A program made the position numbers and the translations under genes. The notes under the pieces are model-generated. The model saw only the letters and a list, made by a program, of their open reading frames with translations. It had not been told where the DNA came from and made no database searches. From Rhodospirillaceae bacterium (GTDB lineage Bacteria > Pseudomonadota > Alphaproteobacteria > GCA-2731375): a stretch of DNA of 64,000 bases. Shown here one piece after another: positions 10,901 through 19,747 of this stretch (position 1 is its first letter; each line of letters begins with the position of its first letter). The DNA lies in the NCBI GenBank assembly GCA_018701215.1, contig JABIWH010000018.1:14861-78860 (forward strand). Direction: 5' to 3'.

Positions 10901-11328
10901 TGCGCCATTGCTGCCGCATGTTCGTGATCGGCGCCAATGTCACCGTGCCGACCTTTACCATCGTCCTGCGCAAGGGCTATGGGCTGGGCGCGCAGGGCAT
11001 GGGCGCCGGCGGCTTTCACGCGCCGTTCTTCACCATATCATGGCCGACCGGCGAATTCGGCGGCATGGGCCTGGAGGGCGCGGTAAAACTGGGCCGCCGC
11101 GACGAGTTGATGGCGATCGAGGATCCGGAAGAACGCATGGAGAAGTACGAGGAAATGGTCGCCGCCATGTACGCCCAGGGCAAGGCCATCAACACCGCCG
11201 CCTTGTTCGAGCTGGATAATGTTATCGATCCGGCTGATACCCGGGAATGGATCATGGCCGGTCTGCGCGCCGCCCCCCCCGTACCTGCGCGCGAGGGCAA
11301 GAAACTCCCGTGGATTGACGTATGGTGA
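7963..11328 (+). CDS. Single-polypeptide biotin-dependent acyl-CoA carboxylase (biotin carboxylase, then biotin carboxyl carrier, then carboxyltransferase, fused)
   Basis: N-terminal ATP-grasp biotin carboxylase (MSIEKLLVANRGEIAIRILRA, EANPRLQVEH). Central biotinyl domain with EAMKMQH. C-terminal ~520-aa carboxyltransferase (crotonase-like repeats, propionyl/methylcrotonyl-CoA carboxylase beta-like). Start at 7963 after an AGGAAA RBS. Confidence 0.85.
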   Translation: MSIEKLLVANRGEIAIRILRAAADLGIPTVAVYAGDEAASLHLSKADEAVALPGRGVPAYLDGAAVLAIAQEKNCDAIHPGYGFLSENADFANACGQAGVAFVGPGAETLDMFGDKAAARDLAEKNGVPVLPGSQGATDLGAAEAFFDIHGPTMIKAIGGGGGRGMRAILDKRDLAAALELCQAEALQAFGNGDVFVERLLEKPRHVEIQIIGDGSGAICHLGERECSIQRRHQKLVEMAPAPGLASDLRDKLTEAAVTLAGAVDYRNLGTFEFLLAGDDFFFIEANPRLQVEHTVTEEVWGVDLVQTQLHIAGGASLAELGLTQVEAGAPRGQAMQVRINMETIEADGSVRPTGGILESFEMPSGPGVRVDSFGYAGYRTSPSYDSLLAKLIVHAPGNDFTVLARKTYRALCECRIAGLSSNIPFLQNLLCHGEFQAGEINTHFIDTHLDALVSGAAHQRMFFEPASEAPADANLVGVKVDASDPLAILSHGRSEAAPTVTEAAGNNLSGPDGTVAIPAPMQGTIVSIDVAEGDDVYPGRQVLVMEAMKMQHVIEAEISGVLRQLPVGPGDTVFEGHALAYVAEQDVVIPDAGEVVEVDLDYIRPDLAEVMERQGITLDDRRPNAVARRRKTNQRTARENIEQLCDEGSFSEYGSLVLAARRRMHTLDELIERTPADGLITGLGRINGQHFPDEAARCIVMSYDYTVLAGTQGKNNHKKKDRMFEIAEKMRLPVVFFTEGGGGRPGDTDMIFAANLHVPAFNLFGKLSGLVPLVGITSGRCFAGNAVMLGCCDVIIATQNSTIGMGGPAMIEGGGLGVFRPEEVGPMSVQVPNGVVDIAVEDEEEAVEAAKKYLSYFQGTIEEWDCVDQRLLRQAIPEDRLRIYDVRKVVEQICDTGSVLELRAGFGLGMVTALARIEGRPVGIVANNPSHLAGAIDSDASDKAARFLQLCDAYDIPLVFLCDTPGNMVGPEAEKEALVRHCCRMFVIGANVTVPTFTIVLRKGYGLGAQGMGAGGFHAPFFTISWPTGEFGGMGLEGAVKLGRRDELMAIEDPEERMEKYEEMVAAMYAQGKAINTAALFELDNVIDPADTREWIMAGLRAAPPVPAREGKKLPWIDVW

Positions 11329-11414
11329 TTAACGATTGGCGATCGATCTCTGGTGAACGAGTATCCATGCGGCTACATTAGCTTGATAATCAAGAGCGGT
11401 TGGGAGAGATCACC

Positions 11415-12410
11415 ATGAACACGGAAAACGCGGCGACGCATCACAAGGTTCGGCGGCTCTCACCCGACGACCTTGATGGCGCGGTGGCTATTGATAGGGA
11501 GATCGTCGGCCATTCCCGGCGCGGCTATTTTGAAAAACGCCTGGCCGCCGCCCTGCGTGATCCCGACGGCCATATGCAGTTCGCCATTGATGGCCCGGAT
11601 GGCCTGGAAGCCGCCGTGTTGGCTCGTGTGCAAAGCGGCGAATTCGGCCGCGAGGCGCCTGCCGTCATGCTGGAAGTCATCGACGTCGCGCCAGATCAGC
11701 AACACCTTGGCCATGGCGCGGCGTTGCTTGCCGCATTGGAAGCGGAGATGCGCCAGCGTGGCATTGCCGAGCTGCAAACCGCCATTGCCTGGACCGATCA
11801 TGTGATGGCGAAGTTTTTCGCCGCCGGCGGTTTCGCCAAGGCGCCGCGCCATATTATCGCCGTGGCCGTGGACCCGGCGCGCGCGGCAATGGCCCTGTCG
11901 GATGACAGCGATGACGATGACGATCATGACGACGATGATAGGGCCGACAATTTGAAGGCCCTGCCCCGCGACCGTATCGACGTGGCATCGCTGACCGAGC
12001 AGGATCTCGACGCCCTGGTTGTGATCGACAGCAAGCTGACCGGGCGGGACCGGCGGCCCTATATGATGGCGAAATTGAATGAAGCCCTGGTAGATTCCGG
12101 CATCCGCATTTCACTTGCCGCCAGGTCTGACGGCATCGTCGCTGGTTTCATCATGGCGCGGCTTGATTTCGGTGATTTTGGCCGGACCGACGCGGTCGCC
12201 GTAATTGATACTATCGGCGTGCATCCCGATTTTGCCGGCCATGGCATTGCCCACGCCCTGTTGTCGCAATTACTTGTCAACCTGAACGGTCTGCGCGTTG
12301 AAAGCGCCGAGACGACAATTGCCCTGGACGATTTCGAACTGCTGGGTTTCCTCTACCGTTCCGGCTTCCAGCCCACCCAGCGCATTGCCTTGGCGAAGCA
12401 GACCGGCTAA
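11415..12410 (+). CDS. Tandem GNAT-family N-acetyltransferase (two acetyltransferase domains joined by a poly-Asp linker)
   Basis: Two GNAT-like halves (…QHLGHGAALLAALE… and …GHGIAHALLSQLL…) separated by SDDSDDDDDHDDDD. GGGAGAG RBS 6 nt upstream of ATG 11415. Confidence 0.6.
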   Translation: MNTENAATHHKVRRLSPDDLDGAVAIDREIVGHSRRGYFEKRLAAALRDPDGHMQFAIDGPDGLEAAVLARVQSGEFGREAPAVMLEVIDVAPDQQHLGHGAALLAALEAEMRQRGIAELQTAIAWTDHVMAKFFAAGGFAKAPRHIIAVAVDPARAAMALSDDSDDDDDHDDDDRADNLKALPRDRIDVASLTEQDLDALVVIDSKLTGRDRRPYMMAKLNEALVDSGIRISLAARSDGIVAGFIMARLDFGDFGRTDAVAVIDTIGVHPDFAGHGIAHALLSQLLVNLNGLRVESAETTIALDDFELLGFLYRSGFQPTQRIALAKQTG

Positions 12411-12426
12411 CCCGACACGGCAGCTG

Positions 12427-12493
12427 CCCGCCGACATCAACATCTATCGCCCAGACCTGATCCGGGCGATAGATAGATGTTGAGGTCGGCGGG
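12427..12493. terminator. Long near-perfect inverted repeat (~26-bp arms) between convergent genes; bidirectional terminator-like hairpin
   Basis: CCCGCCGACATCAACATCTATCGCCC ... GGGCGATAGATAGATGTTGAGGTCGGCGGG lies between the GNAT gene (+, end 12410) and cobM (-, end 12500). Confidence 0.5.
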
Positions 12494-12499
12494 TTGGTA

Positions 12500-13258
12500 T
12501 TAACCGTCTGGCCGTAGAATATGACGATGATCAGCGGCATAAAGGCGGCTGTCGGTAGCCTTGTCCGTATCCAGAACCCGGCCAACCAGGACCAGGGCAG
12601 TGCGGGTCAACTTGGCGGCGCGGGTTTTCTCGCGAATGTCGGCCAGGGTACCACGAATAATCTCCTGATCGGGCCAGCTGGCGCGGTAGACCAGGGCGAC
12701 GGGGCAGTCTTCGCCATAGTGGGGGATCAGATCACGGCAAACCTGGCGCAGGTTCCGGGCCGAGAGATGAATAGCCAGGGTCGCGCCGGAGCGCCCCAAG
12801 CTGGCTAGCTCCTCCCCCGCCGGCATGGCGGAGCTTTTCATCGCCGTGCGGGTTAGAATGATGGTCTGGCTGATATCCGGCAGGGTCAGCTCCAACCCCA
12901 GGGCCGCCGCCGAGGCCGCGAAGGCCGGCACCCCGGGGGTGATGGTGTAATCTATGTCCAACGCCTTCAAGCGTTTGATCTGCTCGCCAATGGCGCCATA
13001 CAGCGACGGATCGCCGGAATGCACCCGGGCGATATCCTGGCCTCTTCCGTGGGCGGCTTCAATCTCCGCCATGATCTCATCCAGATTCAGGGACGCGGTA
13101 TCGATTACCCGGGCATCACTTGGCGCAAATGCGACGACTTCCGCCGGCACCAGGGATCCGGCATAGAGGCAAACCGGGCAGGCGGCGATCTGGTCGCGGC
13201 CGCGCAGGGTAATCAGGTCCGGCGCGCCGGGCCCCGCGCCAATGAAATGCACGGTCAT
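12500..13258 (-). CDS. cobM: Precorrin-4 C11-methyltransferase
   Basis: Tetrapyrrole methylase fold starting [18 protein letters not shown]. CobM/CbiF-like length (252 aa). Sits inside the cob operon. Confidence 0.85.
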   Translation of the reverse strand: MTVHFIGAGPGAPDLITLRGRDQIAACPVCLYAGSLVPAEVVAFAPSDARVIDTASLNLDEIMAEIEAAHGRGQDIARVHSGDPSLYGAIGEQIKRLKALDIDYTITPGVPAFAASAAALGLELTLPDISQTIILTRTAMKSSAMPAGEELASLGRSGATLAIHLSARNLRQVCRDLIPHYGEDCPVALVYRASWPDQEIIRGTLADIREKTRAAKLTRTALVLVGRVLDTDKATDSRLYAADHRHILRPDG

Positions 13259-15075
13259 GCTTGGTTATCCTTAATCAGAGGGGTTTGCTTGGCGGCATAG
13301 CCGCGCGGGGTATAGACCGACCAGCTGCCGTCGCCGCGCTGCCGCGCCCGGGTCTCGGACGAGCCGATCATCACCAGGGTCAGCATATCCACGTCGTCCA
13401 CCTGCAGATCAACCAGAGGCAGCGCGATCACCTGCTCCTCGGCCCGGCCCAGATTGCGGGCCAAGATCACCGGGGTATCCTCGGGCCGGTGGCGCAGCAA
13501 CAGATCCCGCGCTAGCGCCAACAGATCGCGGCGCCGTTTGCTGACCGGATTATAAAAGGCGATGACGAAATCAGAGGCGGCGGCGGCCACGACGCGGCGC
13601 AGGATTACCTCGCGCGGGGTCAAGAGATCCGAAAGCGAGATGGCGCAGAAATCGTGCCCCAGGGGGGCGCCCACCCGCAAAGCGGCGGCCTGCATGGCCG
13701 AAATACCCGGCAGCAGTTCCAGCGATATACGGTCCCAATGATCGGGCGCCTCGTCGCGGTCCAGCAATTCATGGGCCAGGGCGCCCATGGCAAAAACCCC
13801 GGCATCGCCCGAAGAAACCAGCGCCACGTTCCGGCCCGATGCCGCCATATCGATGGCGGCGGCCACCCGCGCCTCTTCCTCGCCCAGCTGGTAAGCGCGG
13901 CAGTCCTTGTCCGCGATCAGATCGGCAATCAGCTCCAGGTACAGGCCATAACCGACGATGATATCCGCCTGCCGCAGGGCGGCCTCCGCCGCGCCGGTGC
14001 GCCAATCGGCCCGGCCCGGCCCGATACCGACGATAGCCAGATGCCCCCGCGCCGTGCCCAACGTCGTCGGATCAATAATCTTATCCGCGCGGGCGATGGC
14101 GCAGGTCGCGCGTTGGCTCTTGCGTTTCTCCACAATCAGCTCATCACCTGCCGCAAGGGCCGCCGCTTCCGCCACGCCACTGACGCCAACCTCCCGCTTC
14201 ACCACTTCGGAGGGGTTGGCGAGGCGGGATTCCTGGGCCTGAAGCGCCGCAAGATCAAAGAAGCGCGCCGGAATATCGAAATGCGCGGCGGCGGCATGAA
14301 TAGCCGCCTCGTCGGTCTTTAGATCCAGCGAGAAGATACCGGCCAGGGATAGGGCCGGAAGATTTTTCAGCCTCAGGGTTTCGCTGATCAGCCCGATCAA
14401 TTCCTCCCGTTCCACGCCCCGTTCACAACCGAGGCCAAGCGCCAAGGTCTGGCGATGGTAAACCAAATGACCCTTGTCGCCGGCCAGCGCAACATCCGAA
14501 ACGGTGATGCGCAGGGCGCCGTCCTCGGCCTGCGGCAGAGCGCTGGCGCGCAACCAATCCGCCCCGTCACCGCCCTTGATCATCACCGCAGCGCCGGCGC
14601 GCAACTCGGCGACGAAGGCCTTCATGTCGGCGGGATTAGCCAGACGCCAGCCCTGCGGCGGTTCGTCCAGGGCAATGGCGAACGCGGTATCACTGGCCGT
14701 GGTGATGGCTGGCAAGATGTCGAGAATTTCCCCGATGTGCCGGGCCAGATCATTGCCGCCGTGGTGGCCGCCCAACAAAGGCACCACGGCGCTGCCATCC
14801 TCGGCCAGGGCCAGCACCGGGGCATCGTCATGTTTGTTGCCCAGGCTTGGCGCCAGATGACGGATGACGATGCCAGCCGCGCACAGGGCGATCAACGGCT
14901 CGCCAGTGGCGAAACAATCCCGCAAGGCAGCCGCCACATCATCAAAGGGCCGGACGTCGGCCGCTTGTACGCGCTTGCCATAGCCGTGGATAACGCCGCC
15001 AAGCTCGGCTTGCAAACGCCGCGCGGTGGCCAGACCCGTCTCGCCCAAAACCAGATAATTTAATGAATAATTCAC
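13255..15075 (-). CDS. cobJ: CbiG-like (cobalt-precorrin-5A hydrolase-like) N-terminal domains fused to precorrin-3B C17-methyltransferase (CobJ/CbiH)
   Basis: 606 aa. The N-terminal ~330 aa are CbiG-like. The C-terminal ~250 aa are a TP-methylase domain ([17 protein letters not shown]...). Overlaps cobM and cobI by 4 nt. Confidence 0.8.
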   Translation of the reverse strand: MNYSLNYLVLGETGLATARRLQAELGGVIHGYGKRVQAADVRPFDDVAAALRDCFATGEPLIALCAAGIVIRHLAPSLGNKHDDAPVLALAEDGSAVVPLLGGHHGGNDLARHIGEILDILPAITTASDTAFAIALDEPPQGWRLANPADMKAFVAELRAGAAVMIKGGDGADWLRASALPQAEDGALRITVSDVALAGDKGHLVYHRQTLALGLGCERGVEREELIGLISETLRLKNLPALSLAGIFSLDLKTDEAAIHAAAAHFDIPARFFDLAALQAQESRLANPSEVVKREVGVSGVAEAAALAAGDELIVEKRKSQRATCAIARADKIIDPTTLGTARGHLAIVGIGPGRADWRTGAAEAALRQADIIVGYGLYLELIADLIADKDCRAYQLGEEEARVAAAIDMAASGRNVALVSSGDAGVFAMGALAHELLDRDEAPDHWDRISLELLPGISAMQAAALRVGAPLGHDFCAISLSDLLTPREVILRRVVAAAASDFVIAFYNPVSKRRRDLLALARDLLLRHRPEDTPVILARNLGRAEEQVIALPLVDLQVDDVDMLTLVMIGSSETRARQRGDGSWSVYTPRGYAAKQTPLIKDNQA

Positions 15076-15773
15076 AGGCCTACTCCAGACTTGCGCACCA
15101 GGATCATGGCGAAATAGGGCACCTCTTCCGGGTCGATATCCGCCAGCATTTGCACTTGCTGGTCCGGCATGGTGGCGTGGGCCACGTAATGTGCCCGGTC
15201 CAACAGGTCCAGATCCCGCAGAACCGCAAAAACTTTCGGTGTGTGGCGGCCCAGTTTGATGATCGCCGCCGCGTCCGTCCGCAAAAGCCGCTCACGCAGA
15301 TCCGCCGCCGCCATGGGCGCGGGTAGAATGCTCAAGACTTCATTGCGCGCTGCCAAGGGCGTCAACGAGGCCCCGGCACAGGCCATCAGGGACGAAATAC
15401 CGGGCACCACCTGGATTGGGAATGCGTCGGTCAACCGATTGAACAGGTACATGAAACTGCCATAGAAAAACGGATCACCCTCGCATAATACGGCGACATC
15501 CTCGCCGCCGCGCAGCGCCTTGGCGATTTCAGCCGCGCCTTTATCGTAGGCGCCACGGTCGGGGAAACGCTTCGGGTCCAGGGGCATGCGGATGATGATC
15601 TCGCGCCGGCCCGCCGGTATGTGCGGCGCGGCGATGCGGCGGGCCAGGCTGTCGCCCACTTCCGGTGCCGGATAGGCAATGACCGGCGCGGCCTGCAAGA
15701 CTTTGTGCGCCTTCAGCGTGATCAAGTCGGGATCGCCGGGTCCGACGCCAACGCCATATAGCGTACCGATCAT
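15072..15773 (-). CDS. cobI: Precorrin-2 C20-methyltransferase
   Basis: TP methylase starting GTLYGVGVGPGDPDLITLKA. CobI/CbiL-like, 233 aa. Confidence 0.85.
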   Translation of the reverse strand: MIGTLYGVGVGPGDPDLITLKAHKVLQAAPVIAYPAPEVGDSLARRIAAPHIPAGRREIIIRMPLDPKRFPDRGAYDKGAAEIAKALRGGEDVAVLCEGDPFFYGSFMYLFNRLTDAFPIQVVPGISSLMACAGASLTPLAARNEVLSILPAPMAAADLRERLLRTDAAAIIKLGRHTPKVFAVLRDLDLLDRAHYVAHATMPDQQVQMLADIDPEEVPYFAMILVRKSGVGL

Positions 15774-16972
15774 GACTTCACACCTCGGTATTGCGTCACC
15801 GGGCGCATGGCGCGCCAGGCGTGCAGATCGCCCATGCCATCCAGATGGGAAACCTCGATCCGCGTTATCCCGCCGCCTCTAGCCCGCATTAACTCAAACA
15901 GTGCAGTCTCTCCCTCGATGGTCACCGCATTGGCGATCAGGCGTCCGCCCTTGGGTAGGGCCCTCCAACAGGCGTTCAAAACCTTGCGGTCACTAACCCC
16001 GCCGCCAATGAAAATCATATCGGGCCTGGGCAAGCCTCTCAGGGCAGCCGGGGCGGTACCTTTGACAATGCGTAAATTCTGTACGCCCAGGTTCTCGCCG
16101 TTGACGCGGATACTGCCGGCGCGCTTTCGGCTTTGCTCTATGGCGATGGCCTGGGCCGTGGGCTCCATGCGCAGGAATTCGATGGCGATGGAGCCCGCGC
16201 CCGCGCCCACATCCCACATCAACGCACCAGGCGCCGGCGCCAAGGCGGCCAGGGTGACGGCGCGGACGTCGCGCTTGGTCAACTGACCATCGTGTTGAAA
16301 CAGCTCGTCGGGCAGACCCGCCGCCCGCATTAAACGCGGCATCTCTCCAGCGGCCACGCACTGCAGGGCGATGGTGTTCAGATCAGCGGTCTTGCGCCGC
16401 CAGGTCCTGGCCGTGCCGTCGTGGCGTCTTTCCCGTGGCCCGCCTAAATGCTCAAAGACCGTCATGGTGCTATCGCCATAGCCGCCAGCCCGCAGCATCC
16501 TGGCCACATGCTTTGGTGTATCGCCATCCCCGCTCAAAATCAAAATCCGCGCGTTGGGCCGCAGGTGCTGGTTCAGCAGGCCCAGGGGACGGCCATGCAG
16601 GGTCGTGCAGTCCACGTCGGCCAGCGGCCAGCCAAGACGGGCGCAGGCCAGGGAAAAAGCTGATTGGTGCGGGATCACCAGACAGCTTTCGGCGCCAAAT
16701 TCCCGGCACAAGGTGACGCCGATGCCGTAAGACATGGGATCGCCCGTAGCCAGGACGCAGACCCGCTGCCCTTTATAATTGGCCAATTTGGCCACCGTTG
16801 CATGTAGCGCGTTGTCCCATGTCAGGCGCGGGCGCTGATCATCGCCCAGCATGGCCAAGTGCCGCTCGCCGCCGACCACGATCTCGGCCCCATCGATGGC
16901 GGCGCGGGCGGCTTCGCCAAGCCCGGCCAGGCCGTCCTCGCCAATGCCAATGATGGAAAGCCACTTCTTCAT
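15770..16972 (-). CDS. cobL: Precorrin-6Y C5,15-methyltransferase (decarboxylating), CbiE+CbiT fusion
   Basis: N-terminal TP methylase (KKWLSIIGIGEDG) and a C-terminal class-I SAM methyltransferase (VGAGAGSIAIE). 400 aa. Confidence 0.85.
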   Translation of the reverse strand: MKKWLSIIGIGEDGLAGLGEAARAAIDGAEIVVGGERHLAMLGDDQRPRLTWDNALHATVAKLANYKGQRVCVLATGDPMSYGIGVTLCREFGAESCLVIPHQSAFSLACARLGWPLADVDCTTLHGRPLGLLNQHLRPNARILILSGDGDTPKHVARMLRAGGYGDSTMTVFEHLGGPRERRHDGTARTWRRKTADLNTIALQCVAAGEMPRLMRAAGLPDELFQHDGQLTKRDVRAVTLAALAPAPGALMWDVGAGAGSIAIEFLRMEPTAQAIAIEQSRKRAGSIRVNGENLGVQNLRIVKGTAPAALRGLPRPDMIFIGGGVSDRKVLNACWRALPKGGRLIANAVTIEGETALFELMRARGGGITRIEVSHLDGMGDLHAWRAMRPVTQYRGVKS

Positions 16973-17610
16973 GCCGGCAACCGCGCCAGGGCGTTGACAG
17001 CGGCGGCGGCGATGGCACTGCCGCCCCGGCGTCCGCGCAGGGTCAGATAGGGAATATCGCCGGCGCCATCGATCAGGGCCTGTTTCGATTCCGCCGCGCC
17101 GACAAAGCCAACTGGAAAGCCCAATATGACCGCCGGTTTTGGTGCGCCTGTCCCCAGCATCTCAAGCAGGCGGAACAAGGCCGTCGGGGCATTGCCGATA
17201 CAGACCACGGCGCCGGCCATATCCTCGCGCCATTTCTCTACAGCGACGGCAGAGCGGGTATCGCCACGTTGCTTGGCGGTTTTTTCCACGCCAAAGGTAT
17301 TCAGGGTACAGATGATCTGATTTCCCGCCGGCAGCACCCGGTCGATGATGCCGTGGCGCACCATCATGACATCCACCAGGATCGGCGCACCGCGCCGCAA
17401 TGCGGCACTTCCAGCGGCAGCCGGATCGCCGCCCCAGGCCAGATCGCTGGGCAGATCGGTCATGCCGCAGGCATGGATCAGGCGCACGGCGACGTCATGC
17501 AGGCTTTCGGGCAATTGGGAAAAATCCGCCTCCTCCCGGACGATGGCGAATGACTTGTCATAGATCGCCTGGGGGTCGCGCAGATAGCCGTATGCGGCGG
17601 GATCGCCCAT
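16969..17610 (-). CDS. cobH: Precorrin-8X methylmutase
   Basis: CobH/CbiC-like 213-aa protein (DPQAIYDKSFAIVREE..., GNAPTAL). Confidence 0.85.
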   Translation of the reverse strand: MGDPAAYGYLRDPQAIYDKSFAIVREEADFSQLPESLHDVAVRLIHACGMTDLPSDLAWGGDPAAAGSAALRRGAPILVDVMMVRHGIIDRVLPAGNQIICTLNTFGVEKTAKQRGDTRSAVAVEKWREDMAGAVVCIGNAPTALFRLLEMLGTGAPKPAVILGFPVGFVGAAESKQALIDGAGDIPYLTLRGRRGGSAIAAAAVNALARLPA

Positions 17611-17617
17611 GGCAGGC

Positions 17618-18691
17618 CTATTTTTTCAGCATGCTGCGCGGACCCAAGGGATGGTCCGCGTGCGGGTAGGGATGGTGGGCATGATCGTGTCCGCCATCGT
17701 GATCATGCGAGTGATCATGCGAGTGGTCGTGCCCGTGTTCATGCCCGTGCCCATGCTCGTGCTCATGCCCCTGATGCACATGCGCGGTGGGGTCAAAATC
17801 CTCGTCGGAAATCTTGCCCGTGCCGATGCCCTCCACGTGGTGGTGATGGCTTTCCTGGGGCAGACCGACTTCAACCTCGAAGCCCAGGACCTGTTCCCGG
17901 TACTTGCAGCTCAGGCAGTTCATGTTGTTGGCGCCTTCCAGGGCTTCGTTAACCCGGTCGGCGAAGGCATCCAACACCAGGGGATGGTCATTCAGATATG
18001 GCGCCTTGACGAATTCGATCTCCGGATGATCCGCCGCCACCACGTCGGCATAGTGATAAATCCGCCGGACCAGAATGCCGGTAAACAGAAAATACGGAAA
18101 CACGATGATCCGCTTATAGCCCAGTTTGGCGGCATGCCGCAGGCCCGGCTCCACCAAGGGAAAGGTGACGCCGGAATAGGCCACCTCGGCCCAGCCGAAA
18201 CCAAGGCCTTCCCATAACAGGCGGCAGACTTTCGAGATATTGGAATTGGCATCCGGATCGGACGCACCCCGGCCCACCACCACCAGCAGGGTTTCCTCCG
18301 GGCTGATGTGATCGCCGGCGGCATCCATGGCTTCGCGCACCCGATCGCCGGCGGCGCGGATCAGCTTCATATCCAGTCCCAGATCCCGGCCATAGGTAAT
18401 GTCCAGCTCCGGGTGCTGGGCGCCATAGGTGTTGATCACGGAGGGTAGGTCGTTCTTCACATGGCCGGCGGCGAACAGCATGCCGGGAATGGCGATAATG
18501 CGCTTGTTGCCGCGCTCTCGCAGGGCGTCCAGGCGTTCGCGGATGATCGGCGTGGCGAACTCCAGAAAGCCACTGTCCACGTCATATTGCGGCAGGCGGG
18601 CGCGGATACCGTCCGCGACGCTTTGAAATTCGGTGACGGCGTCCACATCTCGGCTGCCGTGGCCACAAACCATAATACCAATGTTCGTCAT
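17618..18691 (-). CDS. cbiX: Long-form sirohydrochlorin cobaltochelatase CbiX (CbiX-L) with MxCxxC cluster motif and His-rich C-terminal tail
   Basis: Two CbiX halves (MVCGHGSRD..., LLVVVGRGASDPDAN). MNCLSC matches the MxCxxC [4Fe-4S] motif of B. megaterium CbiXL. The C-terminus reads HEHEHGHGHEHGHDHSHDHSHDHDGGHDHAHH. Start chosen at MTNIGIMVCGHG (18691); the ORF extends to 18748. Confidence 0.75.
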   Translation of the reverse strand: MTNIGIMVCGHGSRDVDAVTEFQSVADGIRARLPQYDVDSGFLEFATPIIRERLDALRERGNKRIIAIPGMLFAAGHVKNDLPSVINTYGAQHPELDITYGRDLGLDMKLIRAAGDRVREAMDAAGDHISPEETLLVVVGRGASDPDANSNISKVCRLLWEGLGFGWAEVAYSGVTFPLVEPGLRHAAKLGYKRIIVFPYFLFTGILVRRIYHYADVVAADHPEIEFVKAPYLNDHPLVLDAFADRVNEALEGANNMNCLSCKYREQVLGFEVEVGLPQESHHHHVEGIGTGKISDEDFDPTAHVHQGHEHEHGHGHEHGHDHSHDHSHDHDGGHDHAHHPYPHADHPLGPRSMLKK

Positions 18692-18783
18692 GATTGCCTT
18701 ATCCACTTCCGGTACGCCACGCTTGCTCTCTGTTGGGTAATGCGGCAAACCTGCTGGCTTCGCGGCTTAGCACAGCGGTAAGC

Positions 18784-19746
18784 ATGATTGAATTCGTTTT
18801 TCCCATTCAGGCGGTATTTCTCGCCCTGGCGCTGGATCTGTTGTTCGGCGAGCCGAAATGGCTCTACGCACGCATAGCACATCCCGTCGTCTGGATTGGA
18901 AATCTGATCGCGGCGCTGGAGGCGCGCCTGTATCGGCCCCATGGCCAGATATTCGCCGGCACGGTGTTGGTCGTGGTTACCGTTCTGTCGTGCGCACTGG
19001 CGGGCGTCTTTGTTGCCTGGCTGAGCGCGCAAACAGAGCATGGCTGGGTGGTGGCGGGTATCGCCGGCTCGGTCTTCCTTGCCGCCCGCAGCCTGCATGA
19101 CCATGTCGCCGCCGTCGAAGCCGGCCTGTCGCGGGACCTGGATGCGGGGCGCGAAGCGGTCAGCCATATAGTGGGCCGCGATCCAGGCCAGCTTGACGAG
19201 GCCGGCGTCGCCAGGGCGGCTTTGGAATCCCTGGCCGAGAATTTCTCCGATGGTGTGGTCTCGCCGCTGTTCTGGTTCTTGCTGGCCGGCCTGCCGGGTC
19301 TGCTGGCCTATAAGGCGGTCAATACTCTGGACAGCATGATCGGTCACCGGAACCCGCGCTATCTGTATTTTGGCCGGGCCGCGGCGCGCCTGGACGATGT
19401 GGTGAATTGGCCGGGCGCCCGGATCACCGGTCTGTTGCTCTGCCTTGCCGCGTTGCTGTCGCCGGGCCTGGACGCCGGCCGGGCCTGGTGCGTCATGTGG
19501 CGCGACAACGGCAAGCACGCCTCGCCCAACGCCGGCTGGCCCGAGGCCGCCATGGCCGGCGCCCTGGGCCTGGCGCTGGCCGGGCCGCGCAGCTATCAGG
19601 GCGAAGTCACCGATGGCCCCTGGCTGGGTGATGGCGGCGGACAGGCAGGGCCAGGTGATATCGGGCGCGGTTGCAGCCTGTACCGTTGGACCTGCGGCAT
19701 GATCATATTGATCATGCTCGCCCTGTTGCTCGTTGCTTGGCTGTAG
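18784..19746 (+). CDS. cobD: Adenosylcobinamide-phosphate synthase
   Basis: CobD/CbiB membrane protein (ALALDLLFGEPKWLYARIAHPVVWIGNLI...). Start at MIEFVFPIQ. Divergent from cbiX with a 92-bp intergenic region. Confidence 0.8.
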   Translation: MIEFVFPIQAVFLALALDLLFGEPKWLYARIAHPVVWIGNLIAALEARLYRPHGQIFAGTVLVVVTVLSCALAGVFVAWLSAQTEHGWVVAGIAGSVFLAARSLHDHVAAVEAGLSRDLDAGREAVSHIVGRDPGQLDEAGVARAALESLAENFSDGVVSPLFWFLLAGLPGLLAYKAVNTLDSMIGHRNPRYLYFGRAAARLDDVVNWPGARITGLLLCLAALLSPGLDAGRAWCVMWRDNGKHASPNAGWPEAAMAGALGLALAGPRSYQGEVTDGPWLGDGGGQAGPGDIGRGCSLYRWTCGMIILIMLALLLVAWL

Positions 19747-19747
19747 C

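Noticed and set aside
18692-18783. Possible second cobalamin riboswitch upstream of the cbiX operon or cobD
   Set aside because: The divergent intergenic region is only 92 bp and contains none of the conserved B12-element motifs.
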